Shown: positions 17,800-27,683, counted from the first letter of the stretch. The stretch: DNA of 64,000 nt from Verrucomicrobiia bacterium (GCA_026398175.1 JAPLTJ010000121.1:3357-67356); one strand, 5' to 3'. The notes: generated by a model from the letters alone, not told the origin. A program made the numbers and translations.

Positions 17800-19167
17800 A
17801 TGTTTTCCCGTCTTTCTGATCAACTTCAACAAACTTTTAAAAATCTCCGAGGGCAAGGACGCATTACCGAAGCGAATATTTCTGAAGCGCTCCGCGAAGT
17901 CCGCCTGGCCTTGCTCGACGCGGATGTTCATTTTCAAGTTGCCAAGGATTTTATAGCAAGGGTGAAGGAAAAAGCTTTGGGTGAAACGGTGATTAAAAGT
18001 GTCGCTCCAGGGCAGCAGATCATCAAAATTTTTCAAGATGAGTTGACGCAGTTGCTCGGCGGAGATGCTGCTCCTCTTGATTTAAACAAGCCCGCGCGCA
18101 TTTTAATGGTGGGACTGAATGGTGCAGGAAAAACAACTTCTTCTGCCAAGTTAGCAAAATGGTTAAAGGCGCAAGGGCAACATCCAATGCTCGTAGCCCT
18201 TGATTTAGTCAGGCCTGCAGCTATTGAGCAGCTTGTAACTTTAGGAAAACAAATTGAAGTTCCTGTTTTTGAACCAGCGGCTGGTTCCACTGATGTGATT
18301 GCAACAGCCCGTGAAGCTCTTGCATGGTGTGAGCAGCAACATGGCAATGTCACTATTTTTGATACAGCGGGACGTCGAGAAATTGATGAGGCGCTCGTGA
18401 ATGAATTAAGTCAGTTAAAAGAGTTGTTCCAACCACAGGAAATTTTATTGGTTTGTGACGGAGCTACCGGACAACAGGCGGTGAGTGTCGCAGAACGATT
18501 TCACGCAGCGCTCGAGCTGACGGGGCTCATTCTTACTAAATTAGATGGTGATGCTCGTGGTGGTGCTGCTCTTTCTTTGCGTTCGGTGACCGGGAGGCCA
18601 ATTAAATTTGTGGGCGTTGGAGAGAAGCTTGATCAATGGGAGCTGTTTCATCCTGATCGCCTTGCAGGACGTATTCTTGGGATGGGAGATGTTGTTAGTT
18701 TTGTCGAAAAGGCAGCAGAGGCTTTTGAGATGGATGAGATGATGCAGCTGGAGAAAAAATTAAAAACATCCTCCTTGGACCTGAATGATTTTTTAGCTCA
18801 GTTAAAAATGATTCGACGAATGGGGCCCTTAGAAAATCTTGTTGGGATGTTGCCTGGAGGAGCGAAACTTCCTCCCAATGTCACCAATGGAAAAGAGCTC
18901 ACCCAGATAGAAGCGATTATTTTTTCGATGACTCTCCAAGAACGAAAACGCCCTGAGATTCTTAATGCACGCCGTCGCCATCGGATTGCGCAAGGGAGTG
19001 GCACCACGGTAACGGCAGTTAATAATCTCCTTCTTCGCTTTCAGCAACTCAAGAAGATGACAAAAAACATGGGGAATATGAAAAAAATGCTGGCCCAATT
19101 CGGAAAAAGCGGATTAAATATGCCGTCACAACAGAACTACCAGCGTCATTTCATTTCTCCGAAATAA
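17800..19167 (+). CDS. ffh: Signal recognition particle protein
   Basis: Has N and G domains (GLNGAGKTT, DTAGR, TKLDGD) and a Met-rich M domain. Confidence 0.95.
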   Translation: MFSRLSDQLQQTFKNLRGQGRITEANISEALREVRLALLDADVHFQVAKDFIARVKEKALGETVIKSVAPGQQIIKIFQDELTQLLGGDAAPLDLNKPARILMVGLNGAGKTTSSAKLAKWLKAQGQHPMLVALDLVRPAAIEQLVTLGKQIEVPVFEPAAGSTDVIATAREALAWCEQQHGNVTIFDTAGRREIDEALVNELSQLKELFQPQEILLVCDGATGQQAVSVAERFHAALELTGLILTKLDGDARGGAALSLRSVTGRPIKFVGVGEKLDQWELFHPDRLAGRILGMGDVVSFVEKAAEAFEMDEMMQLEKKLKTSSLDLNDFLAQLKMIRRMGPLENLVGMLPGGAKLPPNVTNGKELTQIEAIIFSMTLQERKRPEILNARRRHRIAQGSGTTVTAVNNLLLRFQQLKKMTKNMGNMKKMLAQFGKSGLNMPSQQNYQRHFISPK

Positions 19168-19213
19168 ACTGACGGTACGTTGGCAGTTAACAACATTTAC
19201 CCAATCGATTACC

Positions 19214-19474
19214 ATGGCAGTAGCAATTAGACTTCGTCGCGAAGGAGCACGCAATCATCCTTTTTATCGCGTCACTGTAGCAGACCAACGCAGCCCGCGT
19301 GATGGCAAATTTATTGAACTGATAGGACATTATGATCCTAAGAAAAAAGGTGATAATTTTACTATCAATTTAGAGCGCGCTGAATATTGGTTGAGCGTTG
19401 GGGCACGTCCATCTCAGACCGTTAAGAGTTTCATTACTAAAACACGGAAGCAGCAAGAGTCTGTTGCTGCTTAG
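19214..19474 (+). CDS. rpsP: 30S ribosomal protein S16
   Basis: Begins MAVAIRLRREGARNHPFYRVTVAD and lies downstream of ffh. Confidence 0.95.
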   Translation: MAVAIRLRREGARNHPFYRVTVADQRSPRDGKFIELIGHYDPKKKGDNFTINLERAEYWLSVGARPSQTVKSFITKTRKQQESVAA

Positions 19475-19534
19475 TTGGTATCCCCGCCTTCGAGGGGACA
19501 AGGTTGCAGCAGTATTGGCAGTAAATTAGTTTTT

Positions 19535-19738
19535 ATGAAATTAGTTTTTATTCCTTCGTTTGCTTTTTTGTTGCTTTTTTTTGCCGTTGCCTGTGATCGG
19601 CATCCTGCATCACAGACGATTCCTGGATATCAAGAAAAGAGTCACCTGCTTAATGGCAAGGAAGCCTTGACTCCAGCAGCTCATCCTATGAAGTTTTTTT
19701 CTCAGAAGAATTCTGAGAAGAAAAATGATGTCAATTAG
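19535..19738 (+). CDS. Small putative lipoprotein
   Basis: MKLVFIPSFAFLLLFFAVAC has a lipobox-like AVAC. The longer track ORF begins at a non-ATG codon directly after rpsP. Confidence 0.45.
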   Translation: MKLVFIPSFAFLLLFFAVACDRHPASQTIPGYQEKSHLLNGKEALTPAAHPMKFFSQKNSEKKNDVN

Positions 19739-19747
19739 GTTTTCAAA

Positions 19748-19776
19748 TTGACATTGCCGTTTGTATCAGTTAGCAC
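19748..19776 (+). promoter_or_regulatory. Candidate promoter of TA cassette A (TTGACA-N17-TAGCAC, 6 nt before the ATG)
   Basis: The same geometry recurs at cassettes B and C. Confidence 0.45.
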
Positions 19777-19782
19777 TACGAC

Positions 19783-19974
19783 ATGATGATGACTGAACAA
19801 CACACTGCAACTTTAGTGCAATCAAATACAAAAGAATGCGATTCCTTTGATGGCGCTAGTTATAAGGCTGAGTTAATTGCTGCAATTGAGGAGTCAAGAG
19901 CTGCAATAAGACGAGGAGAATTTTTCACCCTTGAGGAAATTGAAAAAGAAATTCCTTCATGGATTATCGGATAA
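19783..19974 (+). CDS. Antitoxin of ParE-type TA cassette A
   Basis: Small acidic protein that overlaps the toxin start by 16 nt. Its C-terminal motif AAIEE..A.IRRGEF.TLEEI.KE..SW is shared with cassettes B and C. Confidence 0.75.
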   Translation: MMMTEQHTATLVQSNTKECDSFDGASYKAELIAAIEESRAAIRRGEFFTLEEIEKEIPSWIIG

Positions 19975-20255
19975 TCTTGTCTCCTTCGGCTCGACGCGAT
20001 CTTAGAAATATCATTCATTATATTTCTCTTGATTCCCGTATAGCAGCTGAGCGTTTTGCAGTATTTCTGAGTTCAAGAACTCAAATACTTAAAAAGCATC
20101 CTGAAATAGGACGTGTTTTTCCTGAGGTTGGAGACGTTAGAATAAGGGAAATTATTGTGAAGAGTTATCGAGTGATTTACGAAATCAATTTTTTGAAAAA
20201 GCAAATTGAAATTCATCACTATTGGCACGCAGCTCGAGGGACTCCTGAAATTTAA
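19959..20255 (+). CDS. RelE/ParE-family toxin (cassette A)
   Basis: 98 aa with SPSARRDLRNI, HPEIGR, YRVIYE and the ParE-typical HYWHAARG. Confidence 0.85.
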   Translation: MDYRIILSPSARRDLRNIIHYISLDSRIAAERFAVFLSSRTQILKKHPEIGRVFPEVGDVRIREIIVKSYRVIYEINFLKKQIEIHHYWHAARGTPEI

Positions 20256-20260
20256 AATTC

Positions 20261-20938
20261 ATGAACCTCATTCTCTTTGATCTCGATCATACCTTGTTGA
20301 ACGGTGACACTCAAAGCGAGTGGGGATGTTACTTGGCTGACCGTGGTGTTATTGATCTTGCGGCTTATCAAGAAGCGATGGCTGTTTTTGATGAGACCTA
20401 TCATCGAGGAGCATTGGATATTCGAGCGTTGGTGGAGTTCCAGATTAAAATTTTAAAACCATATTCTCTTCCAACGCTCCATGCGTGGAGTGAAGAATTT
20501 GTGCAGGAGCGGATTCGTCCGTTGCTTGTCGAAGCTGGATGGAAAGCCATTGCTGAGCACAAAAAACAAGGGGATGAACTGGTTCTGATTACGGCAACAA
20601 ATGAATTTCTGACGACACCCATCGCGAAGCTCTTAGGTATTCAGCATTTGATTGCCTCTCAAGAAGAGTATGATGCTCAGGGAAACCTCACAGGATTTTT
20701 TTGTGGCATTCCCTCTTATCGTGAGGGAAAAGTAACGCGCTTTCATCAATGGTTGAAAGAACAAGGCCGAAAGAGAAGTGATTACAACAAGATTTTATTT
20801 TATAGTGACTCTCATAATGACCTTCCTCTTCTTTCTCTTGTTGATGAGCCGATCATCGTGAATCCTGATTCACACCTGCGAGAGCATGCCTTCAAAAACA
20901 AATGGAAGATTGTTGACTTTGGAATTCAACGAAGATAA
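20261..20938 (+). CDS. HAD-IB family hydrolase (SerB-like phosphatase)
   Basis: Motif I FDLDHTLL, a cap domain, and the downstream motif YSDSHNDLPLL. Confidence 0.85.
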   Translation: MNLILFDLDHTLLNGDTQSEWGCYLADRGVIDLAAYQEAMAVFDETYHRGALDIRALVEFQIKILKPYSLPTLHAWSEEFVQERIRPLLVEAGWKAIAEHKKQGDELVLITATNEFLTTPIAKLLGIQHLIASQEEYDAQGNLTGFFCGIPSYREGKVTRFHQWLKEQGRKRSDYNKILFYSDSHNDLPLLSLVDEPIIVNPDSHLREHAFKNKWKIVDFGIQRR

Positions 20939-21155
20939 TTATTGAGGTCCTAGCTTTTCTCTTCCGTTGACAATAGAATTGTAATTTTCCAATCCTGCTC
21001 TGTCCAATTTTGTTGGATCTTCAACGCATTACGTATTAGTGCGTGTTTCAGGATGACCTCTTCTGCACCAGCAGCCCTGCTGTCCAAGCTCTGTTCTGGC
21101 TGACTGAATTTTCCGTTCAACCACTTTTTCTGTTCCTTGATGGAGCATTGTCTCT

Positions 21156-22913
21156 ATGAATCTTCCTAAAAAAGTTTTTCCTTTTATTTTTTATTTTGTC
21201 CGTCAGCAATGGATCAAGTTTTTCATTGCCGTTGTCGCTTCTGCCTGCTGGGGAGCATACAGTTCTTTTTTTCCTTGTTTGCTAAAGCGTCTCATTAATG
21301 TGCTCGATTCTCATGAGATGACAGCGTTAGAAATTAATGCTGCTGCGGCAAAGGTGATTGGGCTCATCGTCTTTCTTTGGCTTGGGAGTCAACTCTTGTT
21401 GAGAGTTCAAGGGATGTTGTTCAGTATCCATTTTTGTGCAAGATTTCGAGCAAATATTCGAGAGGCCCTTTTTAATTACGTTCAAACACATTCCTCTTCT
21501 TATTTTGCGAATAATTTTTCTGGAACCATTGCCAGCAAAATATCAGATGTACCCACGAGCTGTGAAACGATGCTGATGAGTATCTGTTTTGAATTTACAT
21601 CAGCCATCATCATGGCTCTGGTGGTGATCGTTACGATGTGGATTAGTCATCCTCTTTTTGCTGGATTGCTAATTTTATGGCTCGTGCTCCATTTTTTAAT
21701 AACGTTTCTTTTTCTCAAAAAAGGAAATGTCTTGCTGGGGTACCACGCCAGTGCTGTGACAACACTTTCTGGAAAGATTGTTGATGTTTTCACAAACATT
21801 CAAAGCATGAAGCTCTTTGCTCGTGAAAAGTACGAACGCCATTATCTGCGTCATTTTCAAAATGAGGAAAGCAAATGCTCCAAGCAAGCTTATGGCTTTT
21901 TAGAGTGGATGCAGATGGTTTTTTTCTTCAATCAGACTTTTTTAATGTTTGGAATGCTCTTTCTTTTAATGAGAGGGTGGCAGCACCATTCTGTGAGTCT
22001 TGGAGATTTCACGCAGATTATGATGCAGGCTTTTTGGTTATCAGGGTGGATGTGGTATGTGAGTTACCAAATGAGATTTTTTATTAAGAATGCAGCAATC
22101 GTAGGCTCTGCTCTTTCACTCATTCAACAACCGCATGATGTCGTAGACGTTCCAGGTGCAGACTCATTAAAAGTTTCACGAGGAGAAATCTGTTTTGATG
22201 ACGTGAGCTTTTCTTATCATCAACAACCTATTTTTCAAAAGCTCAACGTGACGATTCATGCTGGCGAAAAAGTGGGGATTGTGGGCCTGTCGGGAGCGGG
22301 TAAAACAACTTTCATGAATCTTATCTTGAGGCTTTATGAGTTGAATGCTGGAAAAATTTTAATCGATGATCAATCGATCGCAGATGTCACGCAGCAATCG
22401 CTGCATGAAAACATTGCGGTCATTCCGCAAGAGCCACTCCTTTTTCATCGTACCTTGATGGAAAATATTCGCTATGGGCGCCTGGAAGCCGCTGATGAAG
22501 AGGTTCTCAAGGCATCTCAGCAGGCTCATTGCCACGAATTTGTTGAGGATCTCTCCGAAAAGTATGAAACGCTCGTGGGAGAGCGCGGAACCAAGCTTTC
22601 TGGAGGTCAACGTCAGCGCATTGCGATTGCACGAGCGTTGTTGAAAGATGCACCTATCCTTATTTTAGATGAAGCCACTTCATCGCTTGATTCGATGACG
22701 GAGAAAAAAATTCAAGAAGGATTGCATTCTTTGATGCGTGGTAGAACTACGATCGTGATTGCTCATCGTCTCTCAACGCTCGCTGCTATGGATCGTATTT
22801 TGGTTTTTCATGAGGGCACCATTGTTGAAGATGGGACCATTCAAGAGTTGCTTCACAAAGGAAATCATTTTGCGGCACTCTGGAAAATGCAGCAGCAAGA
22901 TCATGGAGATTGA
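21156..22913 (+). CDS. ABC exporter, fused permease/ATPase (MsbA-like)
   Basis: Six TM segments in the N-terminal half. Walker A GLSGAGKTT, signature LSGGQRQR and Walker B LILDEATS. Confidence 0.9.
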   Translation: MNLPKKVFPFIFYFVRQQWIKFFIAVVASACWGAYSSFFPCLLKRLINVLDSHEMTALEINAAAAKVIGLIVFLWLGSQLLLRVQGMLFSIHFCARFRANIREALFNYVQTHSSSYFANNFSGTIASKISDVPTSCETMLMSICFEFTSAIIMALVVIVTMWISHPLFAGLLILWLVLHFLITFLFLKKGNVLLGYHASAVTTLSGKIVDVFTNIQSMKLFAREKYERHYLRHFQNEESKCSKQAYGFLEWMQMVFFFNQTFLMFGMLFLLMRGWQHHSVSLGDFTQIMMQAFWLSGWMWYVSYQMRFFIKNAAIVGSALSLIQQPHDVVDVPGADSLKVSRGEICFDDVSFSYHQQPIFQKLNVTIHAGEKVGIVGLSGAGKTTFMNLILRLYELNAGKILIDDQSIADVTQQSLHENIAVIPQEPLLFHRTLMENIRYGRLEAADEEVLKASQQAHCHEFVEDLSEKYETLVGERGTKLSGGQRQRIAIARALLKDAPILILDEATSSLDSMTEKKIQEGLHSLMRGRTTIVIAHRLSTLAAMDRILVFHEGTIVEDGTIQELLHKGNHFAALWKMQQQDHGD

Positions 22914-22938
22914 CATGCTATAAAAGATCTGTTAGTAC
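22910..22938 (+). promoter_or_regulatory. Candidate promoter of TA cassette B (TTGACA-N17-TAGTAC)
   Basis: The TGA stop of the ABC gene (22911-22913) lies inside the TTGACA hexamer. The -10-like element ends 6 nt before the ATG. Confidence 0.45.
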
Positions 22939-22944
22939 GAATAC

Positions 22945-23151
22945 ATGATGATGACTAAACTAGAAACAACAGAAAAAATCGAAAATCGTTTTCTAGTAGG
23001 TCAGCCATGCGAAGATGACTCTATCGATGCTGCTGACTATCAAAAGAAATTTATTGCGGCAGTTGAGGAGGGGTTGGCTGAGCTTGATCGCGGAGAGTTT
23101 GTTACTCTTGAAGAAATTAAAAAAGAATTTTCTTCATGGGGTACGAGATAA
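22945..23151 (+). CDS. Antitoxin of ParE-type TA cassette B
   Basis: Paralog of 19783..19974, with a 16-nt overlap with its toxin. Confidence 0.75.
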   Translation: MMMTKLETTEKIENRFLVGQPCEDDSIDAADYQKKFIAAVEEGLAELDRGEFVTLEEIKKEFSSWGTR

Positions 23152-23432
23152 TTTTTTCTCCTCGAGCTCAACGCGACCTCAGAAATATTAAGCGTTATAT
23201 TTCTGTTTACTCTTTTCAAGTGGCAGAACGTTTCTGTCAAAAGCTTGTAGCAAAAACAGAGGTGCTTGAAGTTCATCCAGAGATAGGACGCATGGTTCCT
23301 AGTTTTGCTAGTCGTTCATTGCGAGAAATTATTGTTGGAAATTATCGGGTGATTTATAGAGTTGATCTTTTGGCTAAACAAATTGAAATTATTCGCTATT
23401 GGCACGCTGCACGAGGAATTCCTGAAATTTGA
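23136..23432 (+). CDS. RelE/ParE-family toxin (cassette B)
   Basis: Paralog of 19959..20255 (SPRAQRDLRNI, HPEIGR, YRVIYR, RYWHAARG). Confidence 0.85.
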   Translation: MGYEIIFSPRAQRDLRNIKRYISVYSFQVAERFCQKLVAKTEVLEVHPEIGRMVPSFASRSLREIIVGNYRVIYRVDLLAKQIEIIRYWHAARGIPEI

Positions 23433-23498
23433 AGATGTGCAGCAAGATTCTTTGTTTGAAGGTTGTTCATCTGGATAGCCAGGTGCTAAGCTGATCGG

Positions 23499-24266
23499 AT
23501 GAAATGTGTCATTTTAGCAGGTGGCCTTGGAACCCGCATTAGCGAAGAGACGGTGCTCAAGCCAAAACCAATGGTAGAAATCGGAGGGAAACCCCTTCTT
23601 TGGCATGTGATGAAAATTTATTCCGCACATGGTATTAACGACTTCATTATCTGTGCTGGCTACAAGGGATATTTGATCAAAGAATATTTTGCTAACTATT
23701 TTCTGCACATGTCAGATGTTACTTTTGACATCAAAGAAAATAGTATGGAGGTTCATGAGCGTTATGCTGAGCCATGGAAAGTGACCGTTGTGGATACGGG
23801 AGAGGAGACGATGACAGGAGGGCGTTTAAAAAAAGTGGCTCGTTATCTGGGAACCGAGACGTTTTGTATGACCTATGGTGATGGAGTGGGAGATGTTGAT
23901 ATTACAAAAGTTTTAGAAGCACATCGACGAGGAAAGCGTAAAGCCACGATCACCGCAGTGCAGCCACCTGGGCGCTTTGGAGCGTTGCACCTAGAACACG
24001 ATACCGTTACTCATTTTATTGAAAAGCCAGAGGGTGATGGAGCCTGGATTAATGGGGGATTTTTTGTTTTAGAGCCAGAGGTGCTCTCCTACATTGAGCA
24101 TGATCAAATAATTTGGGAGCGAGAGCCTCTTCAAAGATTGGCAAAAGAAAAAGAATTGAATTCCTACCAACATCATGGTTTTTGGCAGCCGATGGACAGC
24201 CTTCGTGACAAGCAACTCCTCGAACAGCTGTGGAATAAGGGGCAGGCTCCTTGGAAAATTTGGTAA
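23499..24266 (+). CDS. rfbF: Glucose-1-phosphate cytidylyltransferase
   Basis: [34 protein letters not shown], and the length and C-terminus are typical of RfbF/DdhA. Confidence 0.93.
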   Translation: MKCVILAGGLGTRISEETVLKPKPMVEIGGKPLLWHVMKIYSAHGINDFIICAGYKGYLIKEYFANYFLHMSDVTFDIKENSMEVHERYAEPWKVTVVDTGEETMTGGRLKKVARYLGTETFCMTYGDGVGDVDITKVLEAHRRGKRKATITAVQPPGRFGALHLEHDTVTHFIEKPEGDGAWINGGFFVLEPEVLSYIEHDQIIWEREPLQRLAKEKELNSYQHHGFWQPMDSLRDKQLLEQLWNKGQAPWKIW

Positions 24267-24316
24267 GAAGAAATTTAACCGCGAAATACGCGAAAAAACG
24301 TAATCAACATCACTGG

Positions 24317-24606
24317 TGTCCAAAATAAAATTACTCGCATGCTATGCGTATGACTTTTCTGAAAAAGCAGGAGTATCTTATTTCAGTGCTACTCAGCAAT
24401 CCTAGTAACCGTCATTCCAGCGGACGCTGGAATCCAGGCGAAGGTCAATTCAGATTTGATCGCTAGCGTCAAAAAAATTAAAATAATTAGTAAGGATGAG
24501 AAAATACTTTTACGAAAACAAAAATAAAGATCGCCTCCTCGCGGAGGCGAGGACCCAGAAGAGACCACCAACCAGCGTCCGCTGGAATGACGGTGGTGTA
24601 GCTGGA
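24317..24606 (-). mobile_element. MITE-like repeat, copy 3 (diverged; one terminus missing), between rfbF and rfbG
   Basis: TGTCCAAAATAAAA at 24317. Palindromes at 24411-24437 and 24573-24592, plus an extra hairpin CGCCTCC-TCGC-GGAGGCG at 24531-24548. The centre matches copy 4. Confidence 0.65.
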
Positions 24607-24836
24607 ATCTGGCTAGTGGCGATTTTTCTTTTTTTGATGAATATACCTTTCACGAATGATTTTTAGGAATTTCTGCTTGTTTCTTTTTCCTCTGGCTGTG
24701 TTACCCTCGCTGACGTTATGTACGCATAGCGCTGCGCTCGGTCGCCTTGCCAGAGAAAAAAGCTCCAGCGCATAATTGTCCTAAAAATCATCCGCAAAAG
24801 GTATACGTTAGTACGAATTTAGCGGTTTGTTATTTT

Positions 24837-25961
24837 ATGATCTCACTTCATTCCCAGCTTTCTAATATCTACCGAGGCAAGAAAGTCTTTCTCACAGGCC
24901 ACACGGGCTTCAAAGGCTCATGGCTGGCTGAGTGGCTCTTGCAGCTGGGGGCAGAAGTGCACGGCTATGCTTTAGAGCCAGCGACAACGTCAGCACTATT
25001 TCATCAGTTGGATCTGGCCTCGCGATTGCATCATCAAGCAGGAGATATTCGGAATGCCTCATTGCTGAGAGAATCGATTTTATCTTTTTATCCTGATTTT
25101 GTTTTTCATTTAGCTGCTCAGCCGCTTGTGCGCTATTCGTACCAGGAGCCGCTTGAAACTTACGAGACCAATGTCATGGGGACGTTGCATGTTCTCGAAG
25201 CCTTACGCGAGCTTCAAAAAAATTCTTCTCATCGCATTGCTGCGGTGATGGTCACCACCGATAAATGTTATGAGAATAAGGAGGATCAGACTGCTTATCA
25301 CGAAGATCATCCTCTCGGCGGACATGATCCTTACAGCTCGAGCAAAGCGATGGCTGAAATTGGAACAGCAGCCTATCGGCGTTCTTATTTTTCTAACACT
25401 AGTTCTAATTTCTCTGCCGTGCATGTCGCTACAGCTCGTGCTGGCAATGTGATTGGTGGGGGAGATTGGGCAGATGATCGTATTATTCCCGATGCGATTC
25501 GTGCTTTAGAAAAAAAAGAACCGATCCTTGTTCGCAATCCTTCTTCCGTAAGGCCTTGGCAGCATGTTCTGGAGCCGCTCTGCGGGTATTTGATGTTGGG
25601 GGCTCAACTCATGCAAGATCGGGAATTGGCGGGAGCTTTTAATTTTGGGCCTGACCCAAAAGAAAACTATTCTGTTTCCAATGTGGTGACCGAAGTGCTT
25701 CTCCATTGGCCAGGCTCTTGGAAAGATGTTAGCGACCCTATTGCGCCGCATGAAGCAAAACATCTCAATCTCTCCATTAAAAAAGCTATTGAGCTTTTAG
25801 GGTGGCGTCCTGTTTGGGATTTCAAAAAAACCATAGCTCAAACCATCGAGTGGTATCGCTTGCATCATGAAGATCCTAAAACTGCACGTGTATTAACCCA
25901 GGAGCAGATTTTTTCTTACGAAGAGGCTGCAGGGATCGCCTTAAAAACTGAAATTTCATGA
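24837..25961 (+). CDS. rfbG: CDP-glucose 4,6-dehydratase
   Basis: GKKVFLTGHTGFKGSWL, the YSSSK catalytic motif and RPWQHVLEP. The start was chosen at ATG 24837 because the track ORF extends into non-coding repeat DNA. Confidence 0.92.
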   Translation: MISLHSQLSNIYRGKKVFLTGHTGFKGSWLAEWLLQLGAEVHGYALEPATTSALFHQLDLASRLHHQAGDIRNASLLRESILSFYPDFVFHLAAQPLVRYSYQEPLETYETNVMGTLHVLEALRELQKNSSHRIAAVMVTTDKCYENKEDQTAYHEDHPLGGHDPYSSSKAMAEIGTAAYRRSYFSNTSSNFSAVHVATARAGNVIGGGDWADDRIIPDAIRALEKKEPILVRNPSSVRPWQHVLEPLCGYLMLGAQLMQDRELAGAFNFGPDPKENYSVSNVVTEVLLHWPGSWKDVSDPIAPHEAKHLNLSIKKAIELLGWRPVWDFKKTIAQTIEWYRLHHEDPKTARVLTQEQIFSYEEAAGIALKTEIS

Positions 25962-27451
25962 ACTCAAAAGCAATCGAACTTAAAAAAGAAATTCTGCGTC
26001 TCACGCGAGAGTATTCCTCGCTCACCCATCAGGCCAATTTGCCAGCATGGGAGAGAGCGTCTGATTTTATTCCTGGTGAAACCATGATTCCGTATGCAGG
26101 TCGCGTTTTTGATTTCAACGAAGTCGAGGCTGCTGTCGGAAGCACGCTCGATTTTTGGCTGACGCTGGGAAAAGAGGGGGAAGCTTTTGAAAAAGAGTTT
26201 GCTGCTTTTCTTGGAGTTAAACATACGCTCTTGGTGAACTCCGGATCGTCAGCAAATTTGGTGGCGCTTTCAGCACTGACGACCCACAAACTCCCTTCGC
26301 ATCAGCGTTTGCAGCCTGGAGATGAAGTCATCACCGTGGCAGCTGGTTTTCCAACGACGGTGGCTCCGATCATTCAGCTAGGAGCAGTTCCTGTTTTTCT
26401 CGATAACAATCCTGCAACTGGAAACATGAATGTTGCGTTGTTAGAAAAAGCTTTTTGTGAAGGAAAAACAAAAGCAGTGATGATGGCTCACGCTCTCGGA
26501 AATCCTTTTGATCTAGGAACCGTCTTGGAATTTTGTCGTCGTCACAGTCTCTGGTTGATCGAGGATAATTGCGACTCACTCGGTTCCACCTATTCAATGC
26601 CCCTTGAGCGCGCAAAAAAATTGGGCATTACTGAAAATTCTCCAGGCATTCCGTTTGATGGAAAAAATATCACGCGGTACACCGGAACATGGGGTGACCT
26701 TTCAACGCAATCTTTTTATCCACCGCACCATCTCACGATGGGAGAGGGAGGTGCCGTAAATATTATCTCACGTCCACCGCTCAAGTCCTATGCAGAGAGC
26801 TTTCGTGATTGGGGGCGTGATTGTTGGTGTGCTTCCGGCAAGGACAATACCTGCAACAAACGCTTCTGTTGGCAGCTGGGCGAATTGCCAAAGGGATACG
26901 ATCACAAATATATTTATAGCCATCTCGGCTACAATTTGAAGCCGCTTGATCCTCAAGCTGCGATCGGACGTCAGCAGCTCAAGAAGCTACCTGCTTTTGT
27001 GGAGGCGCGGAAAAAAAATTGGGAGATCTTGCGCGCAGGCCTTGCTGATTTAGAAAAGTTTTTTGAGTTTTCTTTGCCGACCCATGCAACCGCTTGGAAT
27101 CAAGATGTCACTTTCGATTGGGATGATTCTGGATGTCAGGCTGACTGCTCTTGGTTTGGATTTATGCTGCGCGTCAAATCAACAGCTCCTTTTTCTCACA
27201 CTGACTTTGCGCGTTATCTCGAAGAGAAAAAAATTGGAACGCGGATGTTTTTTGGAGGAAACTTGTTGCGACAACCAGCATTCGTGCAGTTGAAGAAAGA
27301 TTGTCCTGAGGCCTTGCGTGTCTTGGGAAGCCTCGCTGGAGCTGATGACATCATGAACAGTGCACTTTTTTTAGGAACTTATCCTGGATTGACGCAAGCG
27401 ATGTTGGAGTATGAAATTAAGATGATTCATGAGTTTTGCCTTCCTTCTTGA
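25958..27451 (+). CDS. rfbH: CDP-4-keto-6-deoxy-D-glucose 3-dehydrase (E1; DegT/DnrJ/EryC1 family)
   Basis: ATGA overlap with rfbG. RfbH-type N-terminus, NSGSSANL, the DNCDSLGS region and a Cys-rich segment (CWCASGKDNTCNKRFC). Confidence 0.88.
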   Translation: MNSKAIELKKEILRLTREYSSLTHQANLPAWERASDFIPGETMIPYAGRVFDFNEVEAAVGSTLDFWLTLGKEGEAFEKEFAAFLGVKHTLLVNSGSSANLVALSALTTHKLPSHQRLQPGDEVITVAAGFPTTVAPIIQLGAVPVFLDNNPATGNMNVALLEKAFCEGKTKAVMMAHALGNPFDLGTVLEFCRRHSLWLIEDNCDSLGSTYSMPLERAKKLGITENSPGIPFDGKNITRYTGTWGDLSTQSFYPPHHLTMGEGGAVNIISRPPLKSYAESFRDWGRDCWCASGKDNTCNKRFCWQLGELPKGYDHKYIYSHLGYNLKPLDPQAAIGRQQLKKLPAFVEARKKNWEILRAGLADLEKFFEFSLPTHATAWNQDVTFDWDDSGCQADCSWFGFMLRVKSTAPFSHTDFARYLEEKKIGTRMFFGGNLLRQPAFVQLKKDCPEALRVLGSLAGADDIMNSALFLGTYPGLTQAMLEYEIKMIHEFCLPS

Positions 27452-27476
27452 CTATAAAAACTTAATCTGTTAGGCC
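27448..27476 (+). promoter_or_regulatory. Candidate promoter of TA cassette C (TTGACT-N17-TAGGCC)
   Basis: The TGA stop of rfbH (27449-27451) lies inside the -35-like hexamer. The spacing to the ATG is the same as in A and B. Confidence 0.45.
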
Positions 27477-27482
27477 TTTTTT

Positions 27483-27683
27483 ATGATCACTCAACAACCG
27501 CCGCCGCATACTTCCAGTTCTCATTTGGCAGAGGCTTCTTGTGAAGATCTTTCCTTCGATTCTATTCCCTATGATGTAGAGCTCGTAGCAGCTATTGAAG
27601 AGGCTCGGGCTGAGATTAGACGTGGAGAATTTATTACACACGAAGAACTTGAAAAAGAATTCTATTCATGGTTTTTCGAATAA
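27483..27683 (+). CDS. Antitoxin of ParE-type TA cassette C
   Basis: Paralog of the A and B antitoxins, with a 16-nt overlap with its toxin. Confidence 0.75.
   Translation: MITQQPPPHTSSSHLAEASCEDLSFDSIPYDVELVAAIEEARAEIRRGEFITHEELEKEFYSWFFE

Noticed and set aside
20996-21092. CTGCTCTGTCCAA and CTGCTGTCCAA motifs upstream of the ABC exporter that resemble the MITE end or flank (TGCTGTCCAAAATAAA)
   Set aside because: Only 8-10 nt are shared and the AAATAAA continuation is absent. I cannot distinguish a solo terminus or target site from chance.
24334-24737. 10-nt inverted match GCTATGCGTA / TACGCATAGC flanking MITE copy 3, considered as possible true element ends
   Set aside because: The match is short and surrounded by unrelated sequence. 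It is within chance expectation.
24808-24830. 12-14 nt identities: GTTAGTACGAAT with the TA-B leader (22931-22942) and CGAATTTAGCGGTT with the sufC-sufB spacer (39360-39373)
   Set aside because: My rough estimate is that on the order of ten or more exact 14-mer matches are expected by chance in 64 kb when both strands are counted. No extended similarity surrounds either match.
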